In this document: one piece after another, positions 39,898-46,415 of the stretch
How positions within the stretch are numbered: the first letter of the stretch is position 1
Layout: every line of letters starts with the position of its first letter
Sequence record: NC_134264.1
DNA: 64,000 bases
Reading direction: 5' to 3' (one strand)
Origin: Escherichia phage Lindwurm
Made by a program: the position numbers and the translations under genes
The notes under the pieces: generated by a model
Seen by the model: the letters and a program-made list of their open reading frames with translations, nothing else
Told to the model about the DNA's origin: nothing
Database searches by the model: none

Positions 39898-39972
39898 GCA
39901 CCTATCGTCTAGCGGTTAGGACACCACTCTTTCACAGTGGGAACACGAGTTCGATCCTCGTTGGGTGTGCCA
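39898..39972 (+). tRNA. tRNA-Glu (anticodon UUC)
   Basis: acceptor GCACCTA/TGGGTGT, anticodon stem CCACT/AGTGG loop CTTTCAC, T-arm ACGAG-TTCGATC-CTCGT, CCA. Confidence 0.7.
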
Positions 39973-39981
39973 ATTAATAAT

Positions 39982-40052
39982 TGGGGTACGCATAGGTTGC
40001 AAATGGGCCTCCAAAACCCATGAAAAGGTTTCGAATACCTTTACCCCTGCCA
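39982..40052 (+). tRNA. tRNA-Trp (anticodon CCA), tentative
   Basis: T-arm AAGGT-TTCGAAT-ACCTT, acceptor 3' TACCCCT + G + CCA, anticodon loop CTCCAAA; 1-72 mismatch and weak D-stem. Confidence 0.5.
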
Positions 40053-40058
40053 AAATTT

Positions 40059-40133
40059 GCACCTTTAGCTGAGATGGATTAGCGCTTGCCTGAAGAGCTT
40101 GAGAGGTTCGTTCGATTCGAACAGGGTGCACCA
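40059..40133 (+). tRNA. tRNA-Phe (anticodon GAA)
   Basis: acceptor GCACCTT/AGGGTGC, D-arm GCTG...TAGC, anticodon loop CTGAAGA, T-arm GTTCG-TTCGATT-CGAAC, CCA; anticodon stem has two U-U mismatches. Confidence 0.6.
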
Positions 40134-40150
40134 ATTTGAGGGAGCTGCTG

Positions 40151-40423
40151 ATGCATCCTGAAAACTTCTTTATTTACTGCGCTGATAAGTCGCTGAAACG
40201 TAGAATTAACAAAGTCTATCATTATCGTGCTAGTCAACAGCCTTATGTATATGCTTTTGATGATGATCACATTCCACTAGAACAATTATCTTGTGATTAC
40301 ATGATATTGAAGAACTTTGACGAGACAAAGATCTCAAGCGTTCATAATCGACAGAATCCATTAACGTGGAAATATAAGAAGAAAAAGAAAGGCATCAAAT
40401 TTTTAAAAAATGTAGTTGCTTAG
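40151..40423 (+). CDS. hypothetical protein
   Basis: ATG 40151 with GAGGGAG RBS (track ORF begins inside tRNA-Phe). Confidence 0.45.
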   Translation: MHPENFFIYCADKSLKRRINKVYHYRASQQPYVYAFDDDHIPLEQLSCDYMILKNFDETKISSVHNRQNPLTWKYKKKKKGIKFLKNVVA

Positions 40424-40444
40424 TTTCCAAAAGTTCTGTATAAT
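40416..40444 (+). promoter_or_regulatory. early-type promoter
   Basis: TTGCTT-17-TATAAT. Confidence 0.6.
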
Positions 40445-40492
40445 AATTACATAAATTGAACTGGAGAAGCAACATGATAGAATAAGATAAAT

Positions 40493-40568
40493 CGACCGTT
40501 GGCTGAATGGCTTAGGCGAAGGATTGCAAATCCTTTTTATGTGAGTTCAAATCTCATGCGGTCGTCCA
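40493..40568 (+). tRNA. tRNA-Cys (anticodon GCA)
   Basis: acceptor CGACCGT/GCGGTCG, anticodon stem AAGGA/TCCTT loop TTGCAAA, T-arm GTGAG-TTCAAAT-CTCAT, CCA. Confidence 0.7.
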
Positions 40569-40576
40569 AATTTTTA

Positions 40577-40659
40577 GGGTCGTTAGCCAAGTGGTTTGGC
40601 GGCGGATTGTTAATCCGTGTCGAAAGACAACGTAGGTTCGAATCCTACACGGCCCGCCA
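40577..40659 (+). tRNA. tRNA-Asn (anticodon GUU) with 13-nt extra arm
   Basis: acceptor GGGTCGT/ACGGCCC, D-arm GCCA-AGTGGTT-TGGC, anticodon stem GCGGA/TCCGT loop TTGTTAA, variable region GTCGAAAGACAAC, T-arm GTAGG-TTCGAAT-CCTAC, CCA. Confidence 0.65.
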
Positions 40660-40761
40660 AATTCTGTGTAGAGTTAAGTAAACCGGTAGCCAACCAGCTA
40701 TCATTGCTGATATCGAATTCAGCCACAGATACCGTTTTCATTAATAACTGAGGAAACAAGC

Positions 40762-40947
40762 ATGTCCAAGAATGTAATTGCGCAGCTAGAAGTTCATCGT
40801 GATAGCACTATCAACAATATTGAAGTTGAGAAGAAATACATCGAAGAACTTAAACATGATATACTGGTAAGTCTCAACCGTCTTAACGTACGAAAAGAGT
40901 TTCTTAAGGAACTTAATGCAGCTATTGAAAAACTCAAAGCTGAGTAA
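40762..40947 (+). CDS. hypothetical protein
   Basis: 61 aa. Confidence 0.45.
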   Translation: MSKNVIAQLEVHRDSTINNIEVEKKYIEELKHDILVSLNRLNVRKEFLKELNAAIEKLKAE

Positions 40948-40956
40948 ATGAATTAT

Positions 40957-41033
40957 GCGACCGGGGCTGGCTTGGTAATGGTACTCCCCTGTCACGGGAG
41001 GGAATGTGGGTTCAAATCCCATCGGTCGCGCCA
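40957..41033 (+). tRNA. tRNA-Asp (anticodon GUC)
   Basis: acceptor GCGACCG/CGGTCGC, anticodon stem CTCCC/GGGAG loop CTGTCAC, T-arm GTGGG-TTCAAAT-CCCAT, CCA. Confidence 0.75.
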
Positions 41034-41059
41034 AACTAAACTAGCACGAGAAATATGCT

Positions 41060-41407
41060 ATGATTAATGCTAAAGAAGAATTGTTACTTGCCCTAAAGAA
41101 TACTAATTCTGAAGTTAAGTGTATTAAGATAGAATTCGGTTATTATGGTGACAAAGAAGTTTGGGTATTGCCCGTAGGTTATACAGAAAAAGATATTGAA
41201 GATTTTCTAAATAATCTAGACTTTAAATATGATTCTGGTTATGGTGGGCAATTGCTTTATGGTAACGTGTGGTTTACTGATGGAACTTGGTTAGAACGTG
41301 GTGAATACGACGGTTCTGAGTGGTGGGAATATAAGGCTACGCCAGCAATCCCAGAAGAATGCCGAACAATTAATGGTGAAGTAGATCGTACTTTACTATT
41401 AAATTAA
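41060..41407 (+). CDS. hypothetical protein
   Basis: 115 aa. Confidence 0.5.
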   Translation: MINAKEELLLALKNTNSEVKCIKIEFGYYGDKEVWVLPVGYTEKDIEDFLNNLDFKYDSGYGGQLLYGNVWFTDGTWLERGEYDGSEWWEYKATPAIPEECRTINGEVDRTLLLN

Positions 41408-41527
41408 CAAAATTTCAGTGCAGAACACGGAGCTAGCAATTCGGAAGTGCTGACTCATGATAAGCTGCCTATGTACTTGCGAAGCGGTCGTGTCCAAGAC
41501 TCGGACTCTTGCACTGAAAACAATCAA

Positions 41528-41650
41528 ACATTCTAGCGTGGTTGATGGGGAAACCAGCTTGGCGAGGGCAGAAGCTCGTTCGATTCGAGTGAAAGAATGG
41601 TTCTCGTAAGTCCGCACAAGTGATAACAGGTTCGAGTCCTGTCTAGAATG
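41528..41650 (+). ncRNA. tRNA-like element with large internal insertion (non-canonical)
   Basis: 7-bp acceptor ATTCTAG(41529-35)/CTAGAAT(41642-48), D-arm GGTT-GATGGGGA-AACC, two T-arm-like hairpins (GCTCG-TTCGATT-CGAGT and ACAGG-TTCGAGT-CCTGT), about 121 nt, no CCA. Confidence 0.4.
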
Positions 41651-41798
41651 ACACTATAAAGTTTACTTATTATGTAGGTTCCGGTAGACCGGCGGGTCTA
41701 TTCTGGCATTTAAGAGAGGTCTCGCAAGCCTCTTTGTCAGCAGTGGGGTTGGTAGCCTCCAGGTGGCCTACACAATAAGTAAATTTATTAAAAATTCA

Positions 41799-41827
41799 TT
41801 TGCTATTCTGCTTAATTCTCTGTATAA
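41799..41827 (+). promoter_or_regulatory. early-type promoter
   Basis: TTGCTA-17-TATAAT. Confidence 0.6.
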
Positions 41828-41860
41828 TATATCTTATAAAGTGAAGAGAAGGAAAGCTAA

Positions 41861-42058
41861 ATGAAGAAAGTTTTATTACTATCCGTATTCCTACTTACTG
41901 GTTGTTTTAAATTTGACTCAACCATTAATAAAGAGTATGAATTTGCTAAAAATTTCTGTGGCGGAGAGAGTAATATAAAGAATTTCTACATATATAGTAC
42001 GATTCCTAGTACCGTTTATTGTGTAGACGGACGAATTATTAATATTCCTCCACAATAA
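41861..42058 (+). CDS. putative small lipoprotein
   Basis: signal peptide with lipobox LLTGC. Confidence 0.5.
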   Translation: MKKVLLLSVFLLTGCFKFDSTINKEYEFAKNFCGGESNIKNFYIYSTIPSTVYCVDGRIINIPPQ

Positions 42059-42067
42059 AAGAATTAA

Positions 42068-42143
42068 CAGTGCGTAGCGCAGTTGGTAGCGTGGGAGCCT
42101 TGGATGCTTCGGGTCGCAGGTTCGAGTCCTGCCGCACTGACCA
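42068..42143 (+). tRNA. tRNA-Pro (anticodon UGG)
   Basis: acceptor CAGTGCG/CGCACTG, D-arm GCGC-AGTTGGTA-GCGT, anticodon loop CTTGGAT, T-arm GCAGG-TTCGAGT-CCTGC, CCA. Confidence 0.75.
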
Positions 42144-42149
42144 AACAAT

Positions 42150-42227
42150 TGCGGGTTAGATCTCTGGTAGAGATCACTAGTCTCATAAGCTAGAAAGAGG
42201 TAGGTTCGATTCCTGCACCCGCTTCCA
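42150..42227 (+). tRNA. tRNA with CAU anticodon (1-72 mismatch, initiator-like?)
   Basis: acceptor TGCGGGT/ACCCGCT with T1-T72 mismatch, D-arm GATC...GATC, anticodon stem CTAGT/GCTAG loop CTCATAA, T-loop TTCGATT, CCA. Confidence 0.6.
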
Positions 42228-42247
42228 TTTTAATAGAGGATTTCGAA

Positions 42248-42415
42248 ATGAAAGTATTTCGATTAGTAGTAAGTGACAAACGTTCAGGTAAGAATACATC
42301 AAAATCCTTACTTGCTCATTACGGTAAAAATTGGGATGAAGTAATGGTAGAGTTTAGTACTAATCACCCTTACTTAAAAGTCCACTCTATTAAAGAAGTG
42401 TATAATGGTTACTAA
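42248..42415 (+). CDS. hypothetical small protein (55 aa)
   Basis: ATG 42248 with AGAGGA RBS; fits exactly between two tRNAs; below 60-aa track cutoff. Confidence 0.45.
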   Translation: MKVFRLVVSDKRSGKNTSKSLLAHYGKNWDEVMVEFSTNHPYLKVHSIKEVYNGY

Positions 42416-42416
42416 T

Positions 42417-42495
42417 AGATCGCTAGCTCAATAGGTTTAGTAGCATCCGACTTTTAATCGGAAGGTTCTGGGTTCGAGTCCCAGGCGATCTACCA
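42417..42495 (+). tRNA. tRNA-Lys (anticodon UUU)
   Basis: acceptor AGATCGC/GCGATCT, anticodon stem TCCGA/TCGGA loop CTTTTAA, T-arm CTGGG-TTCGAGT-CCCAG, CCA. Confidence 0.7.
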
Positions 42496-42513
42496 ATTTC
42501 AAGAAAAATGCAG

Positions 42514-42542
42514 TTGCTTAATGCTTAATTTCTTGTTATAAT
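42514..42542 (+). promoter_or_regulatory. early-type promoter
   Basis: TTGCTT-17-TATAAT. Confidence 0.6.
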
Positions 42543-42559
42543 ATTTATATAAATTGATG

Positions 42560-42870
42560 CGAAAATAGCTGCCTAGATATCAGGTGTATGACGTCTACAC
42601 TAGCAGAGCTACCGAAAAAGAGATCCTCAGGATAAACGTCGTAGCAAAATTAGTCTGATATCCATCAATTTAGTTCACTAAGGTATTAGCTTGACCTAGG
42701 ACTGGCTGCCAAAAAGCACGATCCCTACGATTCGGGAGAAGTTCTAGATTAGTCCACTAGATTCAGCGGCAACTGAATAGTGTATCGGGTTTGCGAGATG
42801 ACGCGGTTCCTTCCGCTCGAAGCGAAGGTGCTGTAGTTACGCCGAGCTAATAGCCTTAGTAAACTAAAGA
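42560..42870 (+). ncRNA. structured non-coding region of unknown function
   Basis: about 310 nt, promoter-proximal, no credible ORF; hairpins e.g. CCTTCCGCT-CGA-AGCGAAGG at 42808-42830. Confidence 0.3.
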
Positions 42871-42874
42871 ATTT

Positions 42875-42948
42875 GGGGATATAGTTTAATGGTAGAACAT
42901 CTGCTTTGCACGCAGAAGACGAGGGTTCAACTCCCTCTTTCTCCACCA
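42875..42948 (+). tRNA. tRNA-Ala (anticodon UGC)
   Basis: acceptor GGGGATA/TTTCTCC, D-arm GTTT-AATGGTA-GAAC, anticodon stem TCTGC/GCAGA loop TTTGCAC, T-arm GAGGG-TTCAACT-CCCTC, CCA. Confidence 0.7.
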
Positions 42949-42953
42949 AATTT

Positions 42954-43038
42954 GGGGCTATGCTGGAACTGGTAGACAATACGGCCTTAGATTCCGTAGC
43001 TTAAATGCGTGGGAGTTCGAGTCTCCCTAGCCCCACCA
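42954..43038 (+). tRNA. tRNA-Leu (anticodon UAG), class II
   Basis: acceptor GGGGCTA/TAGCCCC, anticodon loop CTTAGAT, 13-nt variable arm, T-arm GGGAG-TTCGAGT-CTCCC, A73, CCA. Confidence 0.7.
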
Positions 43039-43054
43039 ACTTATAGGGTAATGT

Positions 43055-43639
43055 ATGCAGTTTGTACCAATAAAAGATGCACCAGGGTATTTAGTAAATG
43101 AAACAGGGGATGTGTTATCTACATTTACTAATAAAATTTTATCAAGATATATAGTTGATGGATACCCTGCTGTAAAATTACAGATAAATGGTAAGCAAAC
43201 TTCGGTACTTATACACCGAATTATTTCTCATGTATTTGGGGACTTATATAATCTATTTGACCCTGAATTAGAAGTAGATCACAAGGATAGAGATAGGCTG
43301 AATCTATCTAAAGATAATCTTCAAGTTTTGTCAAAAATAGAACATCAGAAGAAAACTAATAAAGATAATGGATGGTCTGATAGTAGAGTACCTTGCCCCT
43401 TATGTGGAAATCTAATGCTTCAGAGATCAGTAACATGTACAAATTGTAAGCCAAAACCTACAGGAAAGTTAATAAAACCAGAATTGTCCTTAGAAGACAT
43501 AACTGAAAAGGTTTTATTAATGGGGTGGGTTAAGGCAGCTAAAGATCTAGAAGTATCAGAGTCCACTTTACGTAGACGATATACTAAACTAACCGGATTA
43601 AGCCCAAAAGTATTAACAGAACAACGGAAAAGCAAATAG
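43055..43639 (+). CDS. HNH homing endonuclease
   Basis: EVDHKDRDRLNLSKDNLQVLSKIEHQKK HNH motif; C-terminal Cys cluster and HTH-like tail; sits inside tRNA island. Confidence 0.75.
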   Translation: MQFVPIKDAPGYLVNETGDVLSTFTNKILSRYIVDGYPAVKLQINGKQTSVLIHRIISHVFGDLYNLFDPELEVDHKDRDRLNLSKDNLQVLSKIEHQKKTNKDNGWSDSRVPCPLCGNLMLQRSVTCTNCKPKPTGKLIKPELSLEDITEKVLLMGWVKAAKDLEVSESTLRRRYTKLTGLSPKVLTEQRKSK

Positions 43640-43719
43640 ACTGGTGACTAAACCCGATTGGAAATCGGTTGAGTGGTAGCAATACCGCCTTATGGGTTCA
43701 ACTCCCATCTTTTCCGCCA
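43626..43719 (+). tRNA. tRNA-Ser (anticodon GGA), class II
   Basis: acceptor GGAAAAG/CTTTTCC, anticodon stem CCGA/TCGG loop TTGGAAA, long variable arm, T-arm ATGGG-TTCAACT-CCCAT, CCA; 5' end overlaps HNH stop by about 14 nt. Confidence 0.55.
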
Positions 43720-43731
43720 AACAATTTATAC

Positions 43732-43826
43732 GGTAGGTCAATCCAACGGCTGGCGCTGGACTCCGACTTGAAATCGGTTGATCGTAGTGATACGGTGTAA
43801 GGGTTCGATCCCCTTACCTACCTCCA
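43732..43826 (+). tRNA. tRNA-Ser (anticodon UGA), class II
   Basis: acceptor GGTAGGT/ACCTACC, anticodon stem CCGA/TCGG loop CTTGAAA, long variable arm, T-arm AAGGG-TTCGATC-CCCTT, CCA. Confidence 0.6.
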
Positions 43827-44192
43827 AATCTTGAAGTATGCCGGAATCGGTAGACGGGGCTGCCTAAAAGGTTTATAGAGAACATCCACTCTCTACAACA
43901 TACCTCATAAAGCGGCTGAGATAAATGGTCTATCTCGTGAAGGTTCAAGTCCTTCTGCTTCTTGATACACCTATGGCTCAAAGTGTAACGGTGCTATTTG
44001 ATACTCTTAGTAAGACTTTCCCGACATGCGTTCGGGAGTAAGCTGCTAAGGCTAGAGTAGAAGAGTTTCGGAGAGCCGCCACAATTGAAAATTCGTACTC
44101 GTCTTGAGCTGCGTGCAATAGGAGATAACTTGATTAGTATTCTAGAACATGCTAATTGAGGAAGGTTTCGCTAACCCTGCGAGTTTTCAATT
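43827..44192 (+). ncRNA. structured non-coding region with orphan T-arm and 14-bp inverted repeat
   Basis: T-arm-like GAAGG-TTCAAGT-CCTTC at 43939-43955 with no matching acceptor; stem-loop CCCGA-CATGCGT-TCGGG; IR GCCACAATTGAAAA (44078-44091) / TTTTCAATTGTGGC (44184-44197). Confidence 0.35.
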
Positions 44193-44269
44193 GTGGCTAT
44201 ATCATAATTGGTTAATGATCCTGATTGTGAATCAGGCCTATGTGGATTCGAATTCCACTAGCCACCCCA
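44193..44269 (+). tRNA. tRNA-His (anticodon GUG)
   Basis: acceptor GTGGCTA/TAGCCAC, D-arm TCAT...ATGA, anticodon stem CCTGA/TCAGG loop TTGTGAA, T-arm GTGGA-TTCGAAT-TCCAC, C73, CCA. Confidence 0.75.
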
Positions 44270-44484
44270 AATTAACTTAAATAGGGAATAAAATATAGCT
44301 GATTTCTGCAAACAATGCTCCGTTGATATGTGGGGTAGAGATACTGGTGATCTTTCTGGTTTGATTACAGAAGCTGAGGTCAAAGAAGGTTATGGTGCAG
44401 TTGTGATTTGCGAAGGATGCGGAGTTATTCGAGTAGATCATGAAGGCAAACGTTTAGAAGAACAGGAAAACTTAGGAGAAACAA

Positions 44485-44721
44485 ATGAGTAATGCTTTAA
44501 TTAGTGAAATTATGTTAACACGTCTTGCAGAACTGCAAACTCTTCGAGATGAATCTCAGAATAACTTAGCGTACCATAAACAAATGGTAGATACTCTTAC
44601 TACTCGTATTGATACTTACGAGCGTGATATTGCAGCATTACAAGCTCTATTCTCTGTACCAGCACCAGATACGTTAGAACAGCCTGCTGTTTCTCAGCCA
44701 GTAGAAACAGCATCTAGTTAA
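44485..44721 (+). CDS. hypothetical protein
   Basis: 78 aa with GGAG RBS. Confidence 0.5.
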   Translation: MSNALISEIMLTRLAELQTLRDESQNNLAYHKQMVDTLTTRIDTYERDIAALQALFSVPAPDTLEQPAVSQPVETASS

Positions 44722-44730
44722 TAGCATTCT

Positions 44731-44806
44731 TGGGATGTAGATCAATTGGCAGATCGTCGGCCTCTGACTCCGAAGGTTCCACGTTCGATCCGTGGCATCC
44801 CAGCCA
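44731..44806 (+). tRNA. tRNA-Gln (anticodon CUG)
   Basis: acceptor TGGGATG/CATCCCA, D-arm GATC-AATTGGCA-GATC, anticodon loop CTCTGAC, T-arm CCACG-TTCGATC-CGTGG, CCA. Confidence 0.7.
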
Positions 44807-44812
44807 AACAAT

Positions 44813-44888
44813 TGGAGAGTAGTGTAACGGTTAGCACAACGGCCTTTGACTCCGTTAATGGTAGGTTCGATTCCTCCTTCTCCAGCCA
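44813..44888 (+). tRNA. tRNA-Gln (anticodon UUG)
   Basis: acceptor TGGAGAG/TTCTCCA, D-arm GTGT-AACGGTTA-GCAC, anticodon loop CTTTGAC, T-loop TTCGATT, CCA. Confidence 0.7.
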
Positions 44889-44896
44889 AGTAATAA

Positions 44897-44972
44897 GCGG
44901 TTAAGCACACGGGTTGTGTCGCAGGCCTTCCAAGCCTAGCTGAGTAGGGTTCGATTCCCTCTAGCCGCTCCA
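44897..44972 (+). tRNA. tRNA-Gly (anticodon UCC)
   Basis: acceptor GCGGTTA/TAGCCGC, anticodon stem AGGC/GCCT loop CTTCCAA, T-loop TTCGATT, CCA. Confidence 0.65.
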
Positions 44973-44988
44973 ACTTTAAGGAAACATT

Positions 44989-45240
44989 ATGCACGTTTTT
45001 GAGTTTCGTAATAAAAGTACCGATAAACGAGTTATTGTTATTGGAGAAACATACCGAGCATACGAACAAACTGACGGATCTGTTATACTGAATGATGAGA
45101 AAGGGGGTTTTAGCTTTTATCCAGAAGAACCTTATGAAGAGTTTCGAAAACAATTTAACCTAGACTGGAGAAAGCATTTAAACACTGTTGCTTCATCTGT
45201 AGTATTGCCAACTACCAGTACTGTGCTCTCTAATGGCTGA
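44989..45240 (+). CDS. hypothetical protein
   Basis: 83 aa. Confidence 0.5.
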   Translation: MHVFEFRNKSTDKRVIVIGETYRAYEQTDGSVILNDEKGGFSFYPEEPYEEFRKQFNLDWRKHLNTVASSVVLPTTSTVLSNG

Positions 45241-45397
45241 TAACCTAAAAGTCAAGATCGATAAACAAAAGAAACGTGTAGAAGTAGAGATTGGTGAAGA
45301 ACGTGTAGCCTTCACCTTTGAATTTCTACAACAAATGGCAATGACAGTTATGACTGATAAGTCTCCTGTTATTGAAAAAGAAATCCCGTTGAAATAA
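45233..45397 (+). CDS. hypothetical small protein (54 aa)
   Basis: ATG 45233 overlaps upstream stop (ATGGCTGA); lysine-rich; below track cutoff. Confidence 0.4.
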   Translation: MADNLKVKIDKQKKRVEVEIGEERVAFTFEFLQQMAMTVMTDKSPVIEKEIPLK

Positions 45398-45405
45398 CGG
45401 GTTCT

Positions 45406-45492
45406 GCTGGGTTGGCAGAATGGTTGAATGCACCTGATTTGTAATCAGGAGGAGTAATCCCACTGCAGGTTCGAATCCTGTGCCCAGCACCA
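45406..45492 (+). tRNA. tRNA-Thr (anticodon UGU) with 15-nt extra arm
   Basis: acceptor GCTGGGT/GCCCAGC, D-stem GCA/TGC, anticodon stem CCTGA/TCAGG loop TTTGTAA, variable region AGGAGTAATCCCACT (GGA-GTAA-TCC hairpin), T-arm GCAGG-TTCGAAT-CCTGT, CCA. Confidence 0.65.
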
Positions 45493-45674
45493 ATTTAAGG
45501 ACTAGTATGTTTAAACTACTAGTAGTTATCTGGTATAGTCAATCAAACAGAGCTAATACCTCCCACGTTATAGACTTTAATACTAAAAACGAAGCTGAAA
45601 AAGCATACGCTAATTTAATAGAACGTAATAAAGAATCTCGTAGTATAGTTTATGAAGTGACTAAACTCTATTAA
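45480..45674 (+). CDS. hypothetical protein
   Basis: 64 aa; 5' end overlaps tRNA-Thr 3' end. Confidence 0.4.
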   Translation: MPSTNLRTSMFKLLVVIWYSQSNRANTSHVIDFNTKNEAEKAYANLIERNKESRSIVYEVTKLY

Positions 45675-45682
45675 AAATTCAT

Positions 45683-45711
45683 TTGCTTTCTCTCTTATTT
45701 CTTGTTATAAT
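45683..45711 (+). promoter_or_regulatory. early-type promoter
   Basis: TTGCTT-17-TATAAT. Confidence 0.6.
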
Positions 45712-45741
45712 ATTTATATAAATTAATGAGAGGGAAACCAA

Positions 45742-46035
45742 ATGAAACGTTATCTTTCTGTTGTGTTCCAAACTGGTGGTCAACGCTATACCTATGAATT
45801 TCCTAGCTCTTGGAAGATCAAAGAAGGTGATCAAGTAGTAGTGTTAACACCGCGTGAGGGTTTCAAGGTAGTAACGGTTAAGCAAGTATTTCCAAAAGAG
45901 CATGAACCAGCTAAAGGCATTCGCTATAAGATGATTCATGGTGTAGTTCGTCAAGTACCACGAGCGGAAGTCGAAATCAAAGTAGATAAAGATGGTAAAC
46001 TTAAATATACCTCTTGCTTAGACGAGTTGCTATAA
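45742..46035 (+). CDS. hypothetical protein
   Basis: 97 aa. Confidence 0.55.
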   Translation: MKRYLSVVFQTGGQRYTYEFPSSWKIKEGDQVVVLTPREGFKVVTVKQVFPKEHEPAKGIRYKMIHGVVRQVPRAEVEIKVDKDGKLKYTSCLDELL

Positions 46036-46241
46036 TGAGGATTACTTTCACAGAAAAGATCATGAGTAATGGTGTTATGATCATTACCGCATGGGATGGT
46101 AGTCAGTGGTGTAGTGTTTCAGGTATTAAGCCTGAAAAACAAACACTAGAAAATATCTCAAAGATTAAGCGAATAATGGCAGAACGTGCACGACTTCCAG
46201 GTGCGCCTAGAAATGGCAAACGTTCTGCTGTAAAATGTTAA
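46014..46241 (+). CDS. hypothetical protein
   Basis: 75 aa. Confidence 0.45.
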   Translation: MLRRVAIMRITFTEKIMSNGVMIITAWDGSQWCSVSGIKPEKQTLENISKIKRIMAERARLPGAPRNGKRSAVKC

Positions 46242-46242
46242 T

Positions 46243-46319
46243 ACTTCGGTAGCTTAGCGATCTAAAGCACTCGGCTGATAACCGAGAGATCGGGGGTTTA
46301 AATCCCTCCCGGAGTACCA
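46243..46319 (+). tRNA. tRNA-Ile (anticodon GAU)
   Basis: acceptor ACTTCGG/CCGGAGT, D-arm GCTT-AGCGATCT-AAGC, anticodon stem CTCGG/CCGAG loop CTGATAA, T-arm GGGGG-TTTAAAT-CCCTC, CCA. Confidence 0.7.
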
Positions 46320-46415
46320 AATTTAGGAATTAAGACTATGCGTCCAGGAAAGTTTAAAAAAGCTAATTGGACTAAAGAGTATAAAGAATACTTACTTAGT
46401 CTAGTAAAACATAAT

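Noticed and set aside
40499-40681. Plus-strand 60-aa ORF
   Set aside because: Lies entirely over tRNA-Cys and tRNA-Asn; open frame is a by-product of tRNA sequence.
39916-45153. Minus-strand ORFs in the six-frame track across the tRNA island (39916..40134, 40079..40270, 40786..41034, 41399..41617, 41918..42148, 42749..42979, 44674..45153, 43420..43635)
   Set aside because: They run antisense through tRNA genes or a plus-strand CDS, have low-complexity translations and no RBS; treated as spurious.
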